Assembly: GCA_040954595.2 (NCBI GenBank)
Contig: CM082585.2
Coordinates: 8,753,649 to 8,817,648 of the forward strand
From: Balanoglossus misakiensis
Taxonomy: Eukaryota > Animalia > Hemichordata
Length of the DNA stretch: 64,000 bases
Reading direction: 5' to 3'
Below, in pieces: positions 12,956 to 27,600 of this stretch. The notes below the pieces were generated by a model. That model had not been told where the DNA came from and did no database searches. It saw only the letters and a program-made list of their open reading frames with translations. Both the position numbers and the translations under genes were made by a program. How positions within the stretch are numbered: the first letter of the stretch is position 1; the number at the start of each line of letters is the position of its first letter.

Positions 12956-15900
12956 GGTACGTGGTAAAAATTGTAGACTCAACAAAACATATGGTAGGAT
13001 GAGCAAGGCAGTGGATGTCTGAACTGAAAACTAGTAAAAAGAACAATAAAACGTGTAATAATGAAACTGGAACTGGAAGAATTGTGGAGGTATTTGCTGC
13101 CTTGTGCGTTTTATTCACTCCTGTTCAAGAGATGTCTATAAATAGATCCATAAAATTGGAAAGGAAAGTTCAAAATCTGTGACATTCAATAAAAAATTAC
13201 CAGCTATAAAGATCAGCTGCCTGAATTTGCCTGCCAGTAGCTCTCTGCAAATGTCACTCCTCGTTAAAAACCCTAACGCAAAGAATGTAGTTCCCCACCA
13301 GTCAGACAGACAGAGCAATTTCAGACATTATTATAATCCAAGAAGACATGAGCTGATATCTCTCTCGCGTAGAAATTTCATTTTTTTTCTGCTGAGTGCA
13401 ACGTCCACTGTGAACAGGACCTCTGAAATGTGATTGATGGACGCATGTAATAGATTTCCAGTAATAATGTTTCAATAGGGGCATGCGATCGTAACGAGCA
13501 CAATTTGGTGTTTGTATGGAGGAGATGGCGAAGAAAACGTTGAGTTATTAGCGTTGCATCATTGCGTGACTGAGATAAAAAAAGATCTTTATTAGGTTTG
13601 TAGTTGCCGCCATACATCGGAATAGTAAAAAAAATTGAATAGTTTGATCTTTCACTTTTTGGCTATGCTTAAAATTATTTAATAGAGTTCTGTTTTTCTG
13701 ATTTTTTTCACAGTGTTTTGCTCAGTATTACCATATAAATAATGAATGTATTCTTTGTCTAAACCAGTTCTTTCGAAAAACACATTCTTAACATTTTGAA
13801 GATGTCAAATAAAAATATAGAAGATGATAATTTTAAACCCTAGCTTATCACTGGTGAGTTTACTTTCATGTAGAATTTCCTCTTTGCTAGGAGCACTGGC
13901 TTCTGTGGTGAGCCTCGTATTCATTTACGTTTCGTCAATTTGTAAGCAATGTCTCACAGTTTCTGTGATTATCCGGCCGGCCGGCCATTACGTTTGACTG
14001 ACGTAATAAGTCGCAGTTAGCAGCGAGAGCCCGAAACGAAGCCGTCTAAATGCAAATCAGTTGTTGCGCGAATTGTCCGTGAATGTTCAATTTCGAAGCC
14101 TTGATCGTGTCATGTGGGTGGGGGGTTGAAGTCGACAAATGACATCGTCCTGGCAACGTTCGCCCCTCGCCTCGTCTGCCACGTGTCGGCACACAGATCA
14201 AGTACCGTCGTAGAAATCACACAGAAGATTGATTTTTAACCCGGAAAAGCATTTTTCGCGAGCCGAAAAAAAAGAGAGGCAGGGTATGAGAATGATTGCA
14301 GCTGACTGTCTGACAGTAATGACTGTGTTTGCAACTCGCCCGCCATCCATTTTAATCAAGGAGTGGGGGCTTTCAAAATGCTATGTATAAACTCAAGTGC
14401 TGTTTGCTGCCTAGCTTCGGCGTTTTTAGAGCTCGTAATTGTATGGCTTCTTGTGTGTGTTTTTTTCGGTTAAAAATCACGTTTTATTGTCTTAGAAAGC
14501 CCGAGACTTTGACCCATACTTCTTTTCCAGTTTGGGTATCCTGGTAGCCACACACACACGTTCGCTGAAGTGGGCATTTTATCTGAGTCGTAGGCACTCG
14601 CCAAGTTCTGGTTATTCTGACCCGACAGCAATACATCTCAGTAGTAATTGTATGTGGGCTATCACACACAGTATCAGAGGCACACTCGCTCTCCCATGCC
14701 AATTGAAACTCCTAGTCGCTGTAGCATTGATTTGAGTCTGTGCTGCCCTGGGCAACGAATAATTGCAGCCAAGGGAGTGTTCAGTAATGATTGCCAGGAG
14801 AGGGCTGGAGTTATCTAGGTATGGCTCTTTCACAGTCCCTATCTGTGCCCACAACGTCTCTTTTATCTTGTCCTCTCAGCCTCATAGGTGGGTAGATTTA
14901 GCCAGGCTGGTGTAACCAGCTGCCTGGCTGTACTCAGCATAATCCGTTGATATGTTTTATGACTGCCAGATGAGACAAGTGAATAACCAGGCACACCTCT
15001 GTTATATATAAATGTGCGTATTTCTATTGCAATTATAGCCCAGACACACTCTTGGATTATTGTGTATTTTGATAAAAACTTTTAATATATCTTGCCGATC
15101 AACTTTTCTCCCCTGGTAGAGGAGGAGAAAAAAAAACAGTTTTGTCATGAAAGTGAAAGTATGCTTTGCTGCATTGATGGTAGTCATGGAAATTAAGTGA
15201 TTGGAGTGATGGTGTTGAGACCAGTCATCGTACTAAAAACTATTATATGCTTCAGAGTACTTCAGTGGAGATCCTGGCTTTCTTTTCAGTCAATACCTTT
15301 GCAGGACCATCTGTTCCGTTCCTGCGGCCAGTGGTAAACAACATTGCGGGAATATGGCAGTAGTTAAATGCCATGGCATTTTCACTTGCATATGACATCT
15401 TCCAAGTATTAATATGTATGACAGAGACCACATCCCTATCAACTCTACCTGTTGATTGATGATCGCATATATTCATCTGCCGTGCAAGATTTCACTGCGG
15501 CAGTAAATGATTTCTGGAGGCAGGTGGGGACACGTGAATACAAACTTGCGTTTTATGAGATTTGAGGAAATCTAGATCACTGCGGACGTCACGACAGACA
15601 TTACTTGCTCAAGTGTTATTCACCGATAGCTATTTTTGGCCGCCTCAATTATTACTCCTGCATTGTGGTTTCTTCAGTCTCTGATGAATAGAAAGCATGA
15701 AGGTCAGATATGATCATTGTTCTGCGATTGATATTTGTATCGCATGGCCAGTGAGCCAGTCTACACTTTACTTGGCAGTGTTTCAGGCAGACAGAATCTT
15801 CTAGTTCTCTTGACAACGAATCGCAAATAAACCCGCTACTTTTCAGCACAGCATTTGTGCACAGTTATTAAATATTGAGTGTTTCAAATTTGTGAGTGCT

Positions 15901-17844
15901 TGGTCTCGTGTCCCGGCACCCAAGGCGTCGCAGATATTCAATTTCGAGTTCTTGGTGCGGCGCGAGGTCCGTGTGTCTGTATTTTCCAGGGCGCGTGCTT
16001 CAGACATGGCGAAATTAGAACGTCGAACTGGGTCACTGAACTTAACTGCCTCTTTTTAGGGACCCTGATATGCAGTGCTGTGGGTTGCAGTTTTGCCTGC
16101 TATGTGCCATGCTAGAAAGCGATGTATATATCTGTACCTAATGCTTATGTGAATGTGGGAAATCAGTCTTTTGATGTATCAAAAGGAATGGATCTATATT
16201 TAGCCGAACATAATTAGATTTGAGAAAATTCTCTCTGCGTCCTACTTCGATGGAAAGCCTGGTCTGACCCGTTGTAATAAAAGTCACAGATGGTAAATGT
16301 AAATCACTATCTTGAATTTGCATTTCTGATTGTACAAGTTCATTGCCCTTTCTCCGAGATGAACAGCCAGGCATTCTTTTCATAGACTGCATATCTGATG
16401 AGATATTGCATTAATAATGTTATTCCCTCTTTTCCGGATCCGCCAACCTGGAATAAAGCAGGGTATAAGTTTGGACATAGTTGACTCATTGCTCTAGATG
16501 ATTTGCTGGTTGTTTAGGAGGAATCCAGGCTAATCTGTGTTATTGTTAACGGAGACTGAGTACATGTCATGCGAGAAATCACCCTTTCCACTTATGGTGA
16601 CACTCGCTCAGGCCAATAAACTTCTGTTTTTTGTCAGCGGATGTACATATGTGTGAAGACGTCCTATTATAAAGTAACGTGACATTTTCAACTGATGGCG
16701 TGGTCATTTATACATAGAAAATGTTGATACGAGTGATATAGGCAATCAGGCTAGGGATACATACAGAAAAAATTGATATTTAAAGATGCTCGTTGCAGCA
16801 TTTGTATGTGTGCGTCACAGCCAGTCATGTGCAGAGCGCAACTGACCTTTGACCTCCAGCTGTCCGGGATGTAAACACCCACTGTGATTGGTGCATTCCT
16901 TGTGTGTGTACTGTGAGTTGTGTCGGTGCACTTTGCCTGGGTTCTCCGAATCGTACATAATGGAGAATTCCAAACTGTGTGCTGAGATAGGCACATTTAT
17001 CATGTGGTATGTCGGGTAAACTGTGAGGTTAATCACCCATCCTCTGCTCTCAGTTAGATTGTGACAACACTGCGCCTTTGGTGCCCTATGTGGTTGTTAT
17101 TCTGTCTCTGAGCTGCTTGCCCCTCACAAATACACAAAACTGCGCATTCACAAATGAATTTTTAATATGGCCAGAAACAAATTTTCAGTGGGTGGAATGC
17201 ACACAAAAAAGTGTACCACCAGATGGTCATTTGAACACTTAGAGTTAGACCCGCCCTTTTGACCATATATAGACATATGGAAATTAGAGGTGACCGTTAT
17301 ACCTTTAACAAAGCGGGTAATATCATCACAGCATTGCTAATTTGAGAAAATCGCTGTTATCTCCCTTGGTGCACTGATGTCCTCTGAGCAATTACACATT
17401 CACACGGAAGTGGCAGATGCATTGATTATTTTCCCAGGCACGCGGCCACTTTCAATTATACATTGCGATCATTTTGACAGGAGCGGTAATTTATTCCTGC
17501 GACAAAACTTCCCAGCATTGTTAGGGTTGGGTGACGTGGTGATTGGATCTGTTTAGCGCCGTAACTGGCGAGTGAAAATTCAATTGTGCAGTCGAGACAG
17601 CACGTGTGGACAGGTGTCAAAGTTATTTGGGGGACACGAATGAGATGTCATCCTTTTCATTATTAAATGTGAAGGTACAATGTAGTTGTAGTTTCTTCAT
17701 CATTTATTCAGGGTGTTTTTCTTCTCCATCCATCCCGATGATTGTTTTATTGTGATACCCCAAAGTACAAAGGAAAACACATTCTTCATTTTCTCACCAG
17801 AACCAACATTGTTGTTGTTGATGTCCCAGAGCTTGTATTTAGTT

Positions 17845-17905
17845 AGCGTTCGAACCCGAACACCTGACAGTGGATGCAATGTGTTGCCAAGCTGAGTTGT
17901 GGGCG
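17845..17905 (-). mobile_element. Degenerate tRNA-derived (SINE-head-like) fragment
   Basis: Minus strand reads aactcagcttggc (A-box-like) ... gggttcgaacgc (B-box-like) at tRNA-like spacing; no intact cloverleaf. Confidence 0.35.
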
Positions 17906-18094
17906 TTCCATGCCCCAACAAATCACATGAAAAGAAAATAGAGATAGAGTAGATCAATCAAATTAGATTGCTATCTCTGTTTTCAACTTCAACTCTTTTT
18001 CCAAATTCTTAATAGACCTGCTGATACACAAAGAAGTGTGATAAAAAAAAAATTGCAGCAAGTATCCCTCCAATGTAACCCTATGTACCTGTAT

Positions 18095-18162
18095 CCATGT
18101 ATAGAGGTCCAACTTTCCTATTGAAAACAATTGAATTGGTCCCAACCATTGTGTCCAAAGGG
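18095..18162. mobile_element. Family A MITE, degenerate, inverted orientation
   Basis: gtatagaggtccaactttcctattgaaaacaattgaattggtcccaaccat matches the family core. Confidence 0.6.
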
Positions 18163-18350
18163 GACACCTCTGCATGCTGGATCAATGCCCATGCACAAAT
18201 GTATGTAGGTCAGTTGCATGTTGCAGCTTCTCTGACTGACTGAAGAGAGATGTGGTGATACAGTTTCAAGATGGAACCTCTGATAACAGGTTTGCCTACG
18301 TAGGTCAAGTTGGAGGCCCCTGTACCCGGTACATCACGTTTAATGGTTGG

Positions 18351-18367
18351 ATGTCTGAAATGCCTCC
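18351..18367 (+). CDS. Candidate upstream start exon of FNDC3 (MSEMPP), phase-2 splice to acceptor at 24633
   Basis: ATG TCT GAA ATG CCT CC|GTAAGA joins G TAT TTG AAC... in frame to give MSEMPPYLNSSYLSAIMAETT, which resembles the human FNDC3A N-terminus as I recall it (MAEHPPLLDTTQILS). In-frame TGA upstream at 18237. Confidence 0.5.
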
Positions 18368-19933
18368 GTAAGATGAGAATGATAAATTGTGGTAGTTGCG
18401 AGCCACCGCGTTGTGGTTCCTGGAATCCGTTCGCATCATGTAGCCCCCAGTGCCTTCTTAACACGTGAACACAAATTATTGAAATGTGTGGACAATGTGG
18501 CAAAAATAAAGTAAGATTCCCGGAATGGCTATCCTTGATCTTAGCGTGACCTGCCACTTGGCTCCTGAATATTCCCCTTGATCCATGACCTTTTCTACTC
18601 TCACTCGTTGTATCGGACTCTCCAGAAGTTTCTTCTACAAGTTCTGAAACTGTTTCGGAAATTTGTATTCCTAGGAGGACAGAGAGACCAATCAGGCAGC
18701 TCCATACATAATCCAGGTGCACCCTAGCTTGGTAGATAATTAATAGCTCTCTCAACCCGAGGGCCACAAATTACGAGAATATATGGTGCGGTAAACTTCA
18801 ACCAGGTAACCTACTCTGTCTTTTGGGTACGCCCTGTTATTACCTCTCAGAGGATGCTCTTATCAACAGGTGAGAATTACGTTTTGACTGTAATCATTGC
18901 AGTGTGGCCGCTGTATCGTGTAATACCTGTTCAGCCTGTGGTAAACGTGATAAGCACTGACTTCTTCTATTTCTACAAACGTTTGTCGAGGTGGTCAAAA
19001 AATAAGTGTGGGGTTTGTGAATGTTGTTGAATGGACGTTCTATGCCTTGTCTGTCATTGTGTGAAGTAGATATACGGAGTGCCCTACTGGGATGTGCCAT
19101 AGGTGACCTGACAGCAGCATGTGGGCAGTTGTCAGTTACTCGGGTATCCATCAAACGTGATCAGCTGTTGGCTTTGGCAATTGGTGAGTTATGTGGTTAA
19201 GAAAATCGGAATCGCACTAGGATCGTCAATCATACATGCATCCCCCCCCTCCACCAAATGGGCAAATTATTGCAGCTGCCACCGACTGATATTTGGAATG
19301 ATTTAGGGGCAGTGGCGGCATATTGGAGTCGCCCGAAACAAGTGGTTGTCAGGTACCAGTAGTCAAGAACAACAGTAGCCATTGGCAACACCTGTGCCTG
19401 CGTGCGGCTGTCTTCTGTGACACGTATTATTAAACGCAAAATTTGTTTTCAAAATTTTGCATCCAAGTGACCTGACCTGAATTCACAGATGCCTGTGATC
19501 GGTGTGTTATCGACGGAACATGCAAAATTGGACGCTGTATCAGCATTTCTGATTGTATATTTACGAATAATCAGTCACCTGATTCTGGAGGTCACGGGGT
19601 CGTACCACTTATTGCCAACTTAGTGTTGTCGGCGTGACAGTTGCGTGACATGCTCAAAATATTGTGATGTGGCAGCCACGTTTACCTGATCAACAACCAC
19701 AACCCTCTTTTCCAGTGCTCTGGCCTAGTGCCGCCATGGCCGAGATCTGTCCCATATGAAGTTATGGGAGCTTTTCACGGTGATGATGTATTTTCCAGAG
19801 CAACGAATACATTAGCGCAGGATAATGATCATAAGACATTAACAAAAGAAATCTTTTCTCTGACACAAATGTCCAAAGTTGGATTTTTAGGCATCACTGT
19901 GCTAGTTTGTGACAGTGTAGAGGAAGTTAAGTC

Positions 19934-20027
19934 TTAACCCTTTCACCACTATGGTTCAGTCAAAACCCATTGATTTCTATGCTAAGGTCGGACCTCTGTA
20001 CAGGGATCTGAGGGGTGAAAGGGTTAA
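19934..20027. mobile_element. 86-bp piggyBac-like MITE (family A), full copy
   Basis: TTAA|CCCTTTCACC ... GGTGAAAGGG|TTAA; internal sequence aligns with the 1314-1406 copy. Confidence 0.8.
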
Positions 20028-23000
20028 GCTGAGACAGCAAAAAAGGCTGAGTCAGCAGCTGAGAGTAGTATGGTGGAATCTTTGATCCATGACGCAGTTT
20101 AGAGCCGTGCCGTGCCGTGCTGTGGCTTACGGATGATATCATATGCCTTGGGAAAGAGACAGGGATAAACAGATGTCAGTATGAACAAACTCCTTCATGT
20201 TAACCTATCCAGTTACATCCCCTGGCTGTCTGTGATTCTTCTCCGCAAAAAAAAACGAATCAGTGTTTTTTTTCTCTCGCTCCCTCTTTCCAATATTTGA
20301 TGTGATTCCCAGCCTTCTTGAAGAGTTGAGACAAGGTGTGTCACTCGCAAAGACCAGAAGTTTGATCTGAAATTTGTTACACCATCTTAATGTGCAATGT
20401 TACTAACTCAAAATCACCACCTACTCTTGTACTTTTTTGTGAATACAGACATTGCAATAGAACTCTACGTGCACACTGGAAAATACGAACTCATGGTGGA
20501 CTTCCAAGGAGGCTGGTTTTTTTCCCCCTGTCGAGAACAAACCAGTGAAGGAAAGCGATCAAACGCAGAATGATGAAGTCATTACCCCCTCTTTTTTTTT
20601 TGAGTTTGTGTCAGATGCAGATTAGCCTACATCCAACCAGGTTATCGAACTTCTGTTGCGAAGTGCAGTGTCTGTTCACATCTTTAGGTCATCTGTCTGA
20701 TTAGACTCTCTCGTAATTTCAGTCTAATCCACGGCTCTGTTCACTCCCACATCCGTTCACTGCAGGTTTTCATCCCGATGCAAAATAATAAAAAAAACAC
20801 GCACACAAGCATGCAGAAACCTGTTCCACTTACATGAGTGACAAGCATAAACTTTTGCAAGACGTCATCGAGATGCTCCCGGGGGGCCATCAGTATGATT
20901 TTCTTCTCAGAAAATAATTTCTTTCACGAAACAACAAGGTATGATTATTTCCCTTCCGGAATCGATGGCACAGACATTCGCACCGTCGCATTGTGCTGAG
21001 TTTGCGCCCCATAAAAGCCTTGTCTAGACAGATGTATTGATAGCATAGAGTGATGAGATGCTAATATTACCCACGGAGAGTTCAGGCAACATTTGTACCC
21101 CTCAGCAACAAGTAACTTTACTCCTGAATGCGCTAATGTAACCCTTTTTTTGCATCATACTTCGCAATTTACCTGTTGGTCTACGTACATGATTGTGTGT
21201 GCTGTAATGTTTTCTAGCTGTTTTTCAAAAAGCCAGGAGACTGTGAGCACCAGCTGATTTTTTCGGAGCAGGCAAGTAACGTATGGTCGCTAGGGTTTTT
21301 CGTGCGTGTCTCCAGAACTAATTGAGTTGTACTTCTGGTATGTAGTGCGTATGTGATATACAGACATTTTGTGTATGCTTCATTTATATCAAAGTTCAGG
21401 TTCTCTCCCGTTTCACCAGTTTGGGAATATTAACGGTAACTTTTTTTCACTAAACGTTTTGTATCACGGCAGAAATTCAGTAGCAGGTTGCCACTTAATT
21501 TGACTTCTCAAAACATCAAGCGCACTATCTTGTAATTATTTGTGCAGCCAACAGGGCCACTGGATTCAGTAAGCAAGTGGAACGTACAATTTACATACGT
21601 TGCGCTGCACGTTGCGTGTTGATGAAATCAATTTATCAATGTACAAAGTTCAGGGGAAATGGGGTCGCGACCTTTGAACCCACTGCAGTGTCCAGGGTAG
21701 TCTTCGGGACGAGCTGGCGATAACCTTTAGTCATGTGATACAGGGAACGCCTGCAGAGCATGGCAGGGACAAGCAAAATATTTACATGTTATTGAGTTGT
21801 GTATATCTTGAGGTGGCAGTGTACTTGAAATTTACACATTGTATGCTAATGCGACAATCTCCTGACAGATTTCAAACAGCATTATATGCAAATAACCCTG
21901 GACAAATAGGACTTTATTGCCAGCCTAATATCTGGTGAAATTAAACAATTAGATTTCTGTGTTGACCCATCAATCATAGCCAGATATTTGAATATCAAGT
22001 TCCACGTTTTATGAGCATAATTCTTGATTATTTCGTAGGCAATAAACTGTAATAGTATTAGGTTTCGCATTCTGTGTGTATGATTTTGGACGAGTCAATC
22101 ATCATTTGCAAGTTTTGTATCAAATTGTCCCGGCGAATTTCCGGTGTATTTGGTGAACACTGAAGATTATTGGGCGGGCATTTGCCCTGTTTGTTAGATC
22201 AAACAGTCACAGCTTTCATATCAGAGTGAGAAAGTAGGCTAAAGTTACAGGTGGTGGCCCTTTAACATTACTGGTTTTAAGACTCTCATATACAAGGTAG
22301 GGTGCCATGTCAAGACTAAATGGGTGTCAAGTTCGACTCTTTAAACACTTACATCTACAACTTGATACCATCTGGCCGCCAGTGTAAAACGTTTACAGCT
22401 GAAGGTGACAGAGACAATCAAAGCTAGAGTAGTTTTACTCTAAATAGCCCAGTGGTACTTAAACTTGACACTTCCGCCATGTGTTCGTCCAGTGCTCTGT
22501 TCTTTCTTCGCATTTGAAAACCTAACACCCCTGCCAAACTAAAGGATTGTTCCAAGGTTTCTTGGCTTAAATCGCACCTCATTTCGCTGTATTTGTTAAT
22601 AAATTATTCCGTCTACCATTTCTTGTAAATGTCAAGATAAAATAATTCCATGAAGAAGCCATTGTGGTTTATATTATTATACGTAATAAGGTCTCTTGAT
22701 TTTGAATATTCATTATAAATTGTGTAATTTTTCACGTGAAATGTCAAAGGGGTAAAGTTGGTATTTTTTGCACTTTGATTATTTTTAGTCTGCCTGACAA
22801 TTTGCCACGTTTCTGTCGGCTAAGTAGCATGTAACTTCTTTGCTAATGATGATATACCGTATAACATTAAAAATCAAAATAGTTTCTTCAGCTTGGATGT
22901 ATATGAAGTTTGATTCATAGTGGCTGTAGTAAAGGTAGAAAATTACTATTTTGTATTTTTAGCTATCATCTTGTTAATTATACATGTGTTCTGCTGCTGT

Positions 23001-24663
23001 ATAATTCAATATAAGGATGTAAGCTCTTGTGAACTCATTCACTGTATTCTGTCCATCCATTAGAAAATTACACGCTCTTTGCGATTTTCAATGGGAAGAA
23101 ATATACCGAGAGAGGTATCCGTTTACCTCCTAAAGCTTCGAAATTAGAGTGGGGCTATTCCACTGCTTGTCTATGCAAGTATACACACTAAAGGTCACAC
23201 TGCCCCCGTCCATTATTGCGGAAAGGTCACCGTGCCCTTGCCGTTAATGGCATTAAATTTACCGCAATTAAAGCTGGAAACCAGATATGCCGGTTATGCA
23301 TGGGCGACTTTGAAGGTCGCGAGTTTCAACTTGACGTTTTGTCGAACAAACTTGACCCTCTTGTAATCAAAAGACTGGCTCTTTGTTAAATAGCAGCTTT
23401 TGTCAGGGTGTCCAAATATAGCTGTAAAAATTTGATTGGCTGCAAGTGACATTTTACAGGAGATCAGTCAAATATACGTTCTATTAATAAAACATGGAAA
23501 TTTCTATGGCAACGGTCAGATGTAGTGATATGGATGCTGGTTTATTCATGTCGGGATCTGCAAATTTATATTGATTAGCTGGTAACAAAAGTGGATTACA
23601 AGAGTTTGTAGGAAAGTAGTTCTTGTCAGAGTTCACGATGGAAGTAGTTCTCATTGATCAGGACGAACTGTGTGCTACATATAAAGTTGGTTTAGATGAC
23701 ATTCTGGACTTCACGTTTCCGTTATTGATCGATTGATAGATTAGAGATTGTAGTGAGGTATTTTTGCAACTTGTGTACAGCTTACAATGTACATTGTCTG
23801 GTAAAAAGTCAATGCATTGCACTGCGAAATAAACAAGTGGAACAAGTTCAATCTGGCTTCTCAGTGGTGTACCATGGGAGGAAAGATATCATCTTGGGTA
23901 CCTGCTTGTCTCTGGGGGTGTCCTGTCCCCCTGCATTAGAGTAACAGGGATGTGATGCGAAACAGAAATGCAGTCAGCCAGGGTATGATGTCAGGGTTAC
24001 TCTAATATCAGAGGTTGGTGGCAGTGTTTATCCACAAGTCTTTCTGGGCGATCTTCATGCATTGATGGTTGACCACTCTTCAAAGGACATTCTGAACTTT
24101 TTTTCCAGTGTCGTTGGTTTTAAACCTGCAGTTTGGGTGTTCATACATAGGCTAATAAAAACACCCCATAGGTGTACATTCATACACATACCTGGGATGT
24201 GAAGAGGGGAGTGTATGTGTGAAAACAATGCTGTATTTCTTTCTTCAAAACTTTGTGTGTCAAACTCAAAGCAGCCTCTGCTGTTATCTTGGCTCGGGGC
24301 TGGCAGCAAAATAGCCGAGTCTGTGTGCTTTGAGCTTGCTCTGTTCCCCGAAGATTGGCTCAGAGAAAAAGTTTCTTGTGTTGGGACAAGGTCAGCTGAG
24401 TGCATACCAGTGGCACTGTAGGCATTTTTAGTCAAGAGGTTTTACAATTGGAGAGAGAGAGAGAGGGGGGGGGAGCTGTCAGCAGTTCTGTTGTCGCGAG
24501 AGTTCTATACAAAGTGTCGGCTCGAAAGTATTTCCCAAATGCATTCCGATCCCTGCCCGCTTTTCGTTTCTGACCCGAGGCACAATTAACCCACCCTTTC
24601 CCCCCGTTTCTTTCTCCCTTCTCCACTCGCAGGTATTTGAACTCCAGCTATTTAAGTGCAATT

Positions 24664-27600
24664 ATGGCAGAAACCACTCAGTCACAGCAACCAGACGAGG
24701 TGACCAGCATTCCGGCGAACTGCAGCAACGGTCTGACCACCAACGGCCCCACTCAGCTGGTGGAGGAGTCGGACACCGGTCAAGGCCAAGGCCAGGGTCA
24801 GCCCCAGACGCCAGTGGGTCCCGACCCCACCCAGAACCAGGGCATCCCGACAGAGCATCGGTATGTGTTCTACGTGCATGTGAAACCGGGAGAGACGTTC
24901 AGTATACGACAAGGAGACCAAGTGCAGACGATTACAGGTACGAGGAGCAGATCTTCACTCTCACTTAAGGATGTACGCGCAGAACATAAACCGGAAACAG
25001 TGCGAGCCCGGTCTTTTTCCCATAGGATTACATTGAAAATTGCTAGAAAACAAACTTCTAATATTGTCATTTTCACGAAATTTTACACATAGCTCAGTCC
25101 AGCAAATATAAATTCATTGGTCAAATAAAATGTATGGGTCACCGCGCTCTATTTTGAGATAAATTGCGTTAAAAATTTTGCCCATAGACAAACCATTGGT
25201 GAAAAATGCTGAGTCAGCAGATTTCTTCTATTATCGACTATATTCATAGCTCTGTATTTCAAAAACAAGCGCGGTGACCCCTATATTTTATTACGGATTT
25301 TCATTATACATACAAAGGAGAATCCAAAAATCCACAATTAAAAAAAATGACAATACTTTCAATTTTACTGAACGTACATCCTTAACCCTTCCACCCCCAG
25401 TTCCCTCTTTCGAGGTCCAACCTTACCATAGAAAACAACGGGTTTGGACTATTAAAATAAAAATGCTTATAAGCTTAGGACCAGAGATTTTTACGAGCCA
25501 ATATGACAGCAGCGAGTGGGTAAAAATTCCACACACAAATGGTTATTATTAGAAAACAGACACACATTCCAAAATTTAGTCGTAAATATCATGTTCAGAC
25601 CCTTTTTGACACCATATAAAAAAGGAGGGGGTTAGGCTGACCCCCTCCTTGTCATCAGAAGATTTTATGATCATGCGAAAAAGAAAGGGTTGGGAGATAT
25701 ACATCTGGGTACCAGGTTAAATCCGGTAGCTTATTAACATTCCAGTAGTATGACTTTATTCCCAGGAAGTACTGTAAGTAAATGTACAAATAAGTTAAAA
25801 CCAGGAAATACTGTATTTATATGTATAGAACTTAAATAAACTGCAGTGTTACATATATGTCAATTAGTAAAAAGTCAGAAATTAGTCAATTTGCAGTACA
25901 AGTACACATTGCTCTTCTTGATGTGGCAAAGCATAGTGTGTATGTACTACAGCTAATTTTCTATGTTGTCTCTCTCTCTCTCTCTGTCTCTGCCAGGACC
26001 TGCAAATGTACCAATATATTCCAACACTCCCAACCCACCCATTATTCCGGTCCAGGGCGGACAATACGTGCAACAAGTCATCCAGGAGAGCGACGGAACA
26101 CACCGGATCATCTTCACGCCGCCCAGCCCGGGGGGACAGATGCCGCCCCACATGGCGCCGCAGATGTACCCCCACCCGGGGGGAGGCATGTACCCGCCCA
26201 TGATGCCCCAGCCCTCAGGGGGAGGTATGCCTCCACATATGTACCCTCAAATGGTTGCGCCGGGTGACGGGAGCGGTGTGCCGCATCATCTGCATCCTCA
26301 TATGTACGCTTATCCACCTCAGCCTGCTCCTCCGCAATGTAATAGTCCTGAACTAAATCACAACACAGTGTACGGTCATGGTAAGTGACGAACAGAGAGA
26401 AAGAGAGAGAGAGAAAAAAAAAATCAACAAAAGCCTCTTTATCGTCCCCGTTCACTGGCTGTAAGTTACATATAACGCTTGCGGATCAAAATCAATGTAT
26501 ATACTGACCTCCCATCTTTTGCTTGTTAACGGACTTATCATCTGTCTCAACTCATGGTGTGGATTTGCTGAGATTGGTTTTTATGTTTGTTAACTTAAAA
26601 ACGCTCTCTGCTGTGTTTATCAGTGGATGCATATCTCTGGTTATTTATTTTTTATTATACACATGCTTTGTGTGTGAGCCATCTCATGTTCATACACGTG
26701 TGTGCACACACGTGTGAACATTGCATGCACACAGGGTAAGCTCAACGACATAACGTCTTGACATTCATACAGCACCTTTCACATGGTATAAACACACACA
26801 TGCACGCACACACACTCACAAACATTTCACACACAAACACAAAACACATACACCTCAGCTCATGCTTGAATAGCATGACAACTGTTCATGTTTACTGAAG
26901 CGAGAATGAGTAGTCGTCCAAATGCCACGGTTGCACTGTCTAATTAACTTCTAATATGAAAAAATAACAGAGATAATTCCAAACAGGTGGGCGCTTCACC
27001 TTCAGTTTATCAATCATGAACCTATTCAGTCATGCTTTGAAGAGTGCAGGAGAACAAATTCAGAAGGAAGCATGTTTCATATACGAGCCTCAGTAATGTC
27101 ACACGAGTGGAGCCCAGTGAAGCTTCATGCTTCCACGACCTACGACCTTTCTGCACTTCTTTCCTTTCCTTCCAATGTAGAGCCACAACAGAGGCCGCCG
27201 ATTCACCGCTCCCGGTCGAGAGACGACCGGACGGACCGGCAGCGCGACCGGCTGCAGCGGAAGCTCCAGCTGCGGCAGAAGGAGAACATGAGCATGCCGC
27301 TGATGTACAACAACAACCCGCACAAGAGTCCCTCGATGTCGCCGCTGACCACGGAGAACGGTCTGAGCAGACCGAACGGGCGGAAAAAAGGGTATAATGG
27401 AATCGAGAATGACATTGCAGGTGAGAATGCGACGGCAGGGAATGGTTGCTAGTGTAAAAAATTCTCATTTATGTTTTATGTTCTTGCCACTCTGGCATTC
27501 TGCAGGATAAAATAAATTCCACTCCTTGAGAAAATGTTACATGTATATGCCAAAATGATGTGAACGAACAGGGATAAAGATTGTGCACGGAAGGTGACGA

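Noticed and set aside
13999-14050. Possible minimal hammerhead (gaaacgaagccgtc)
   Set aside because: The upstream core reads CTGACGT rather than CTGAnGA, and stems I and II do not form.
18210-18767. 185-aa minus-strand ORF
   Set aside because: Non-ATG start, no recognisable domain, antisense within the FNDC3 5' region and no exon partners found; treated as chance.
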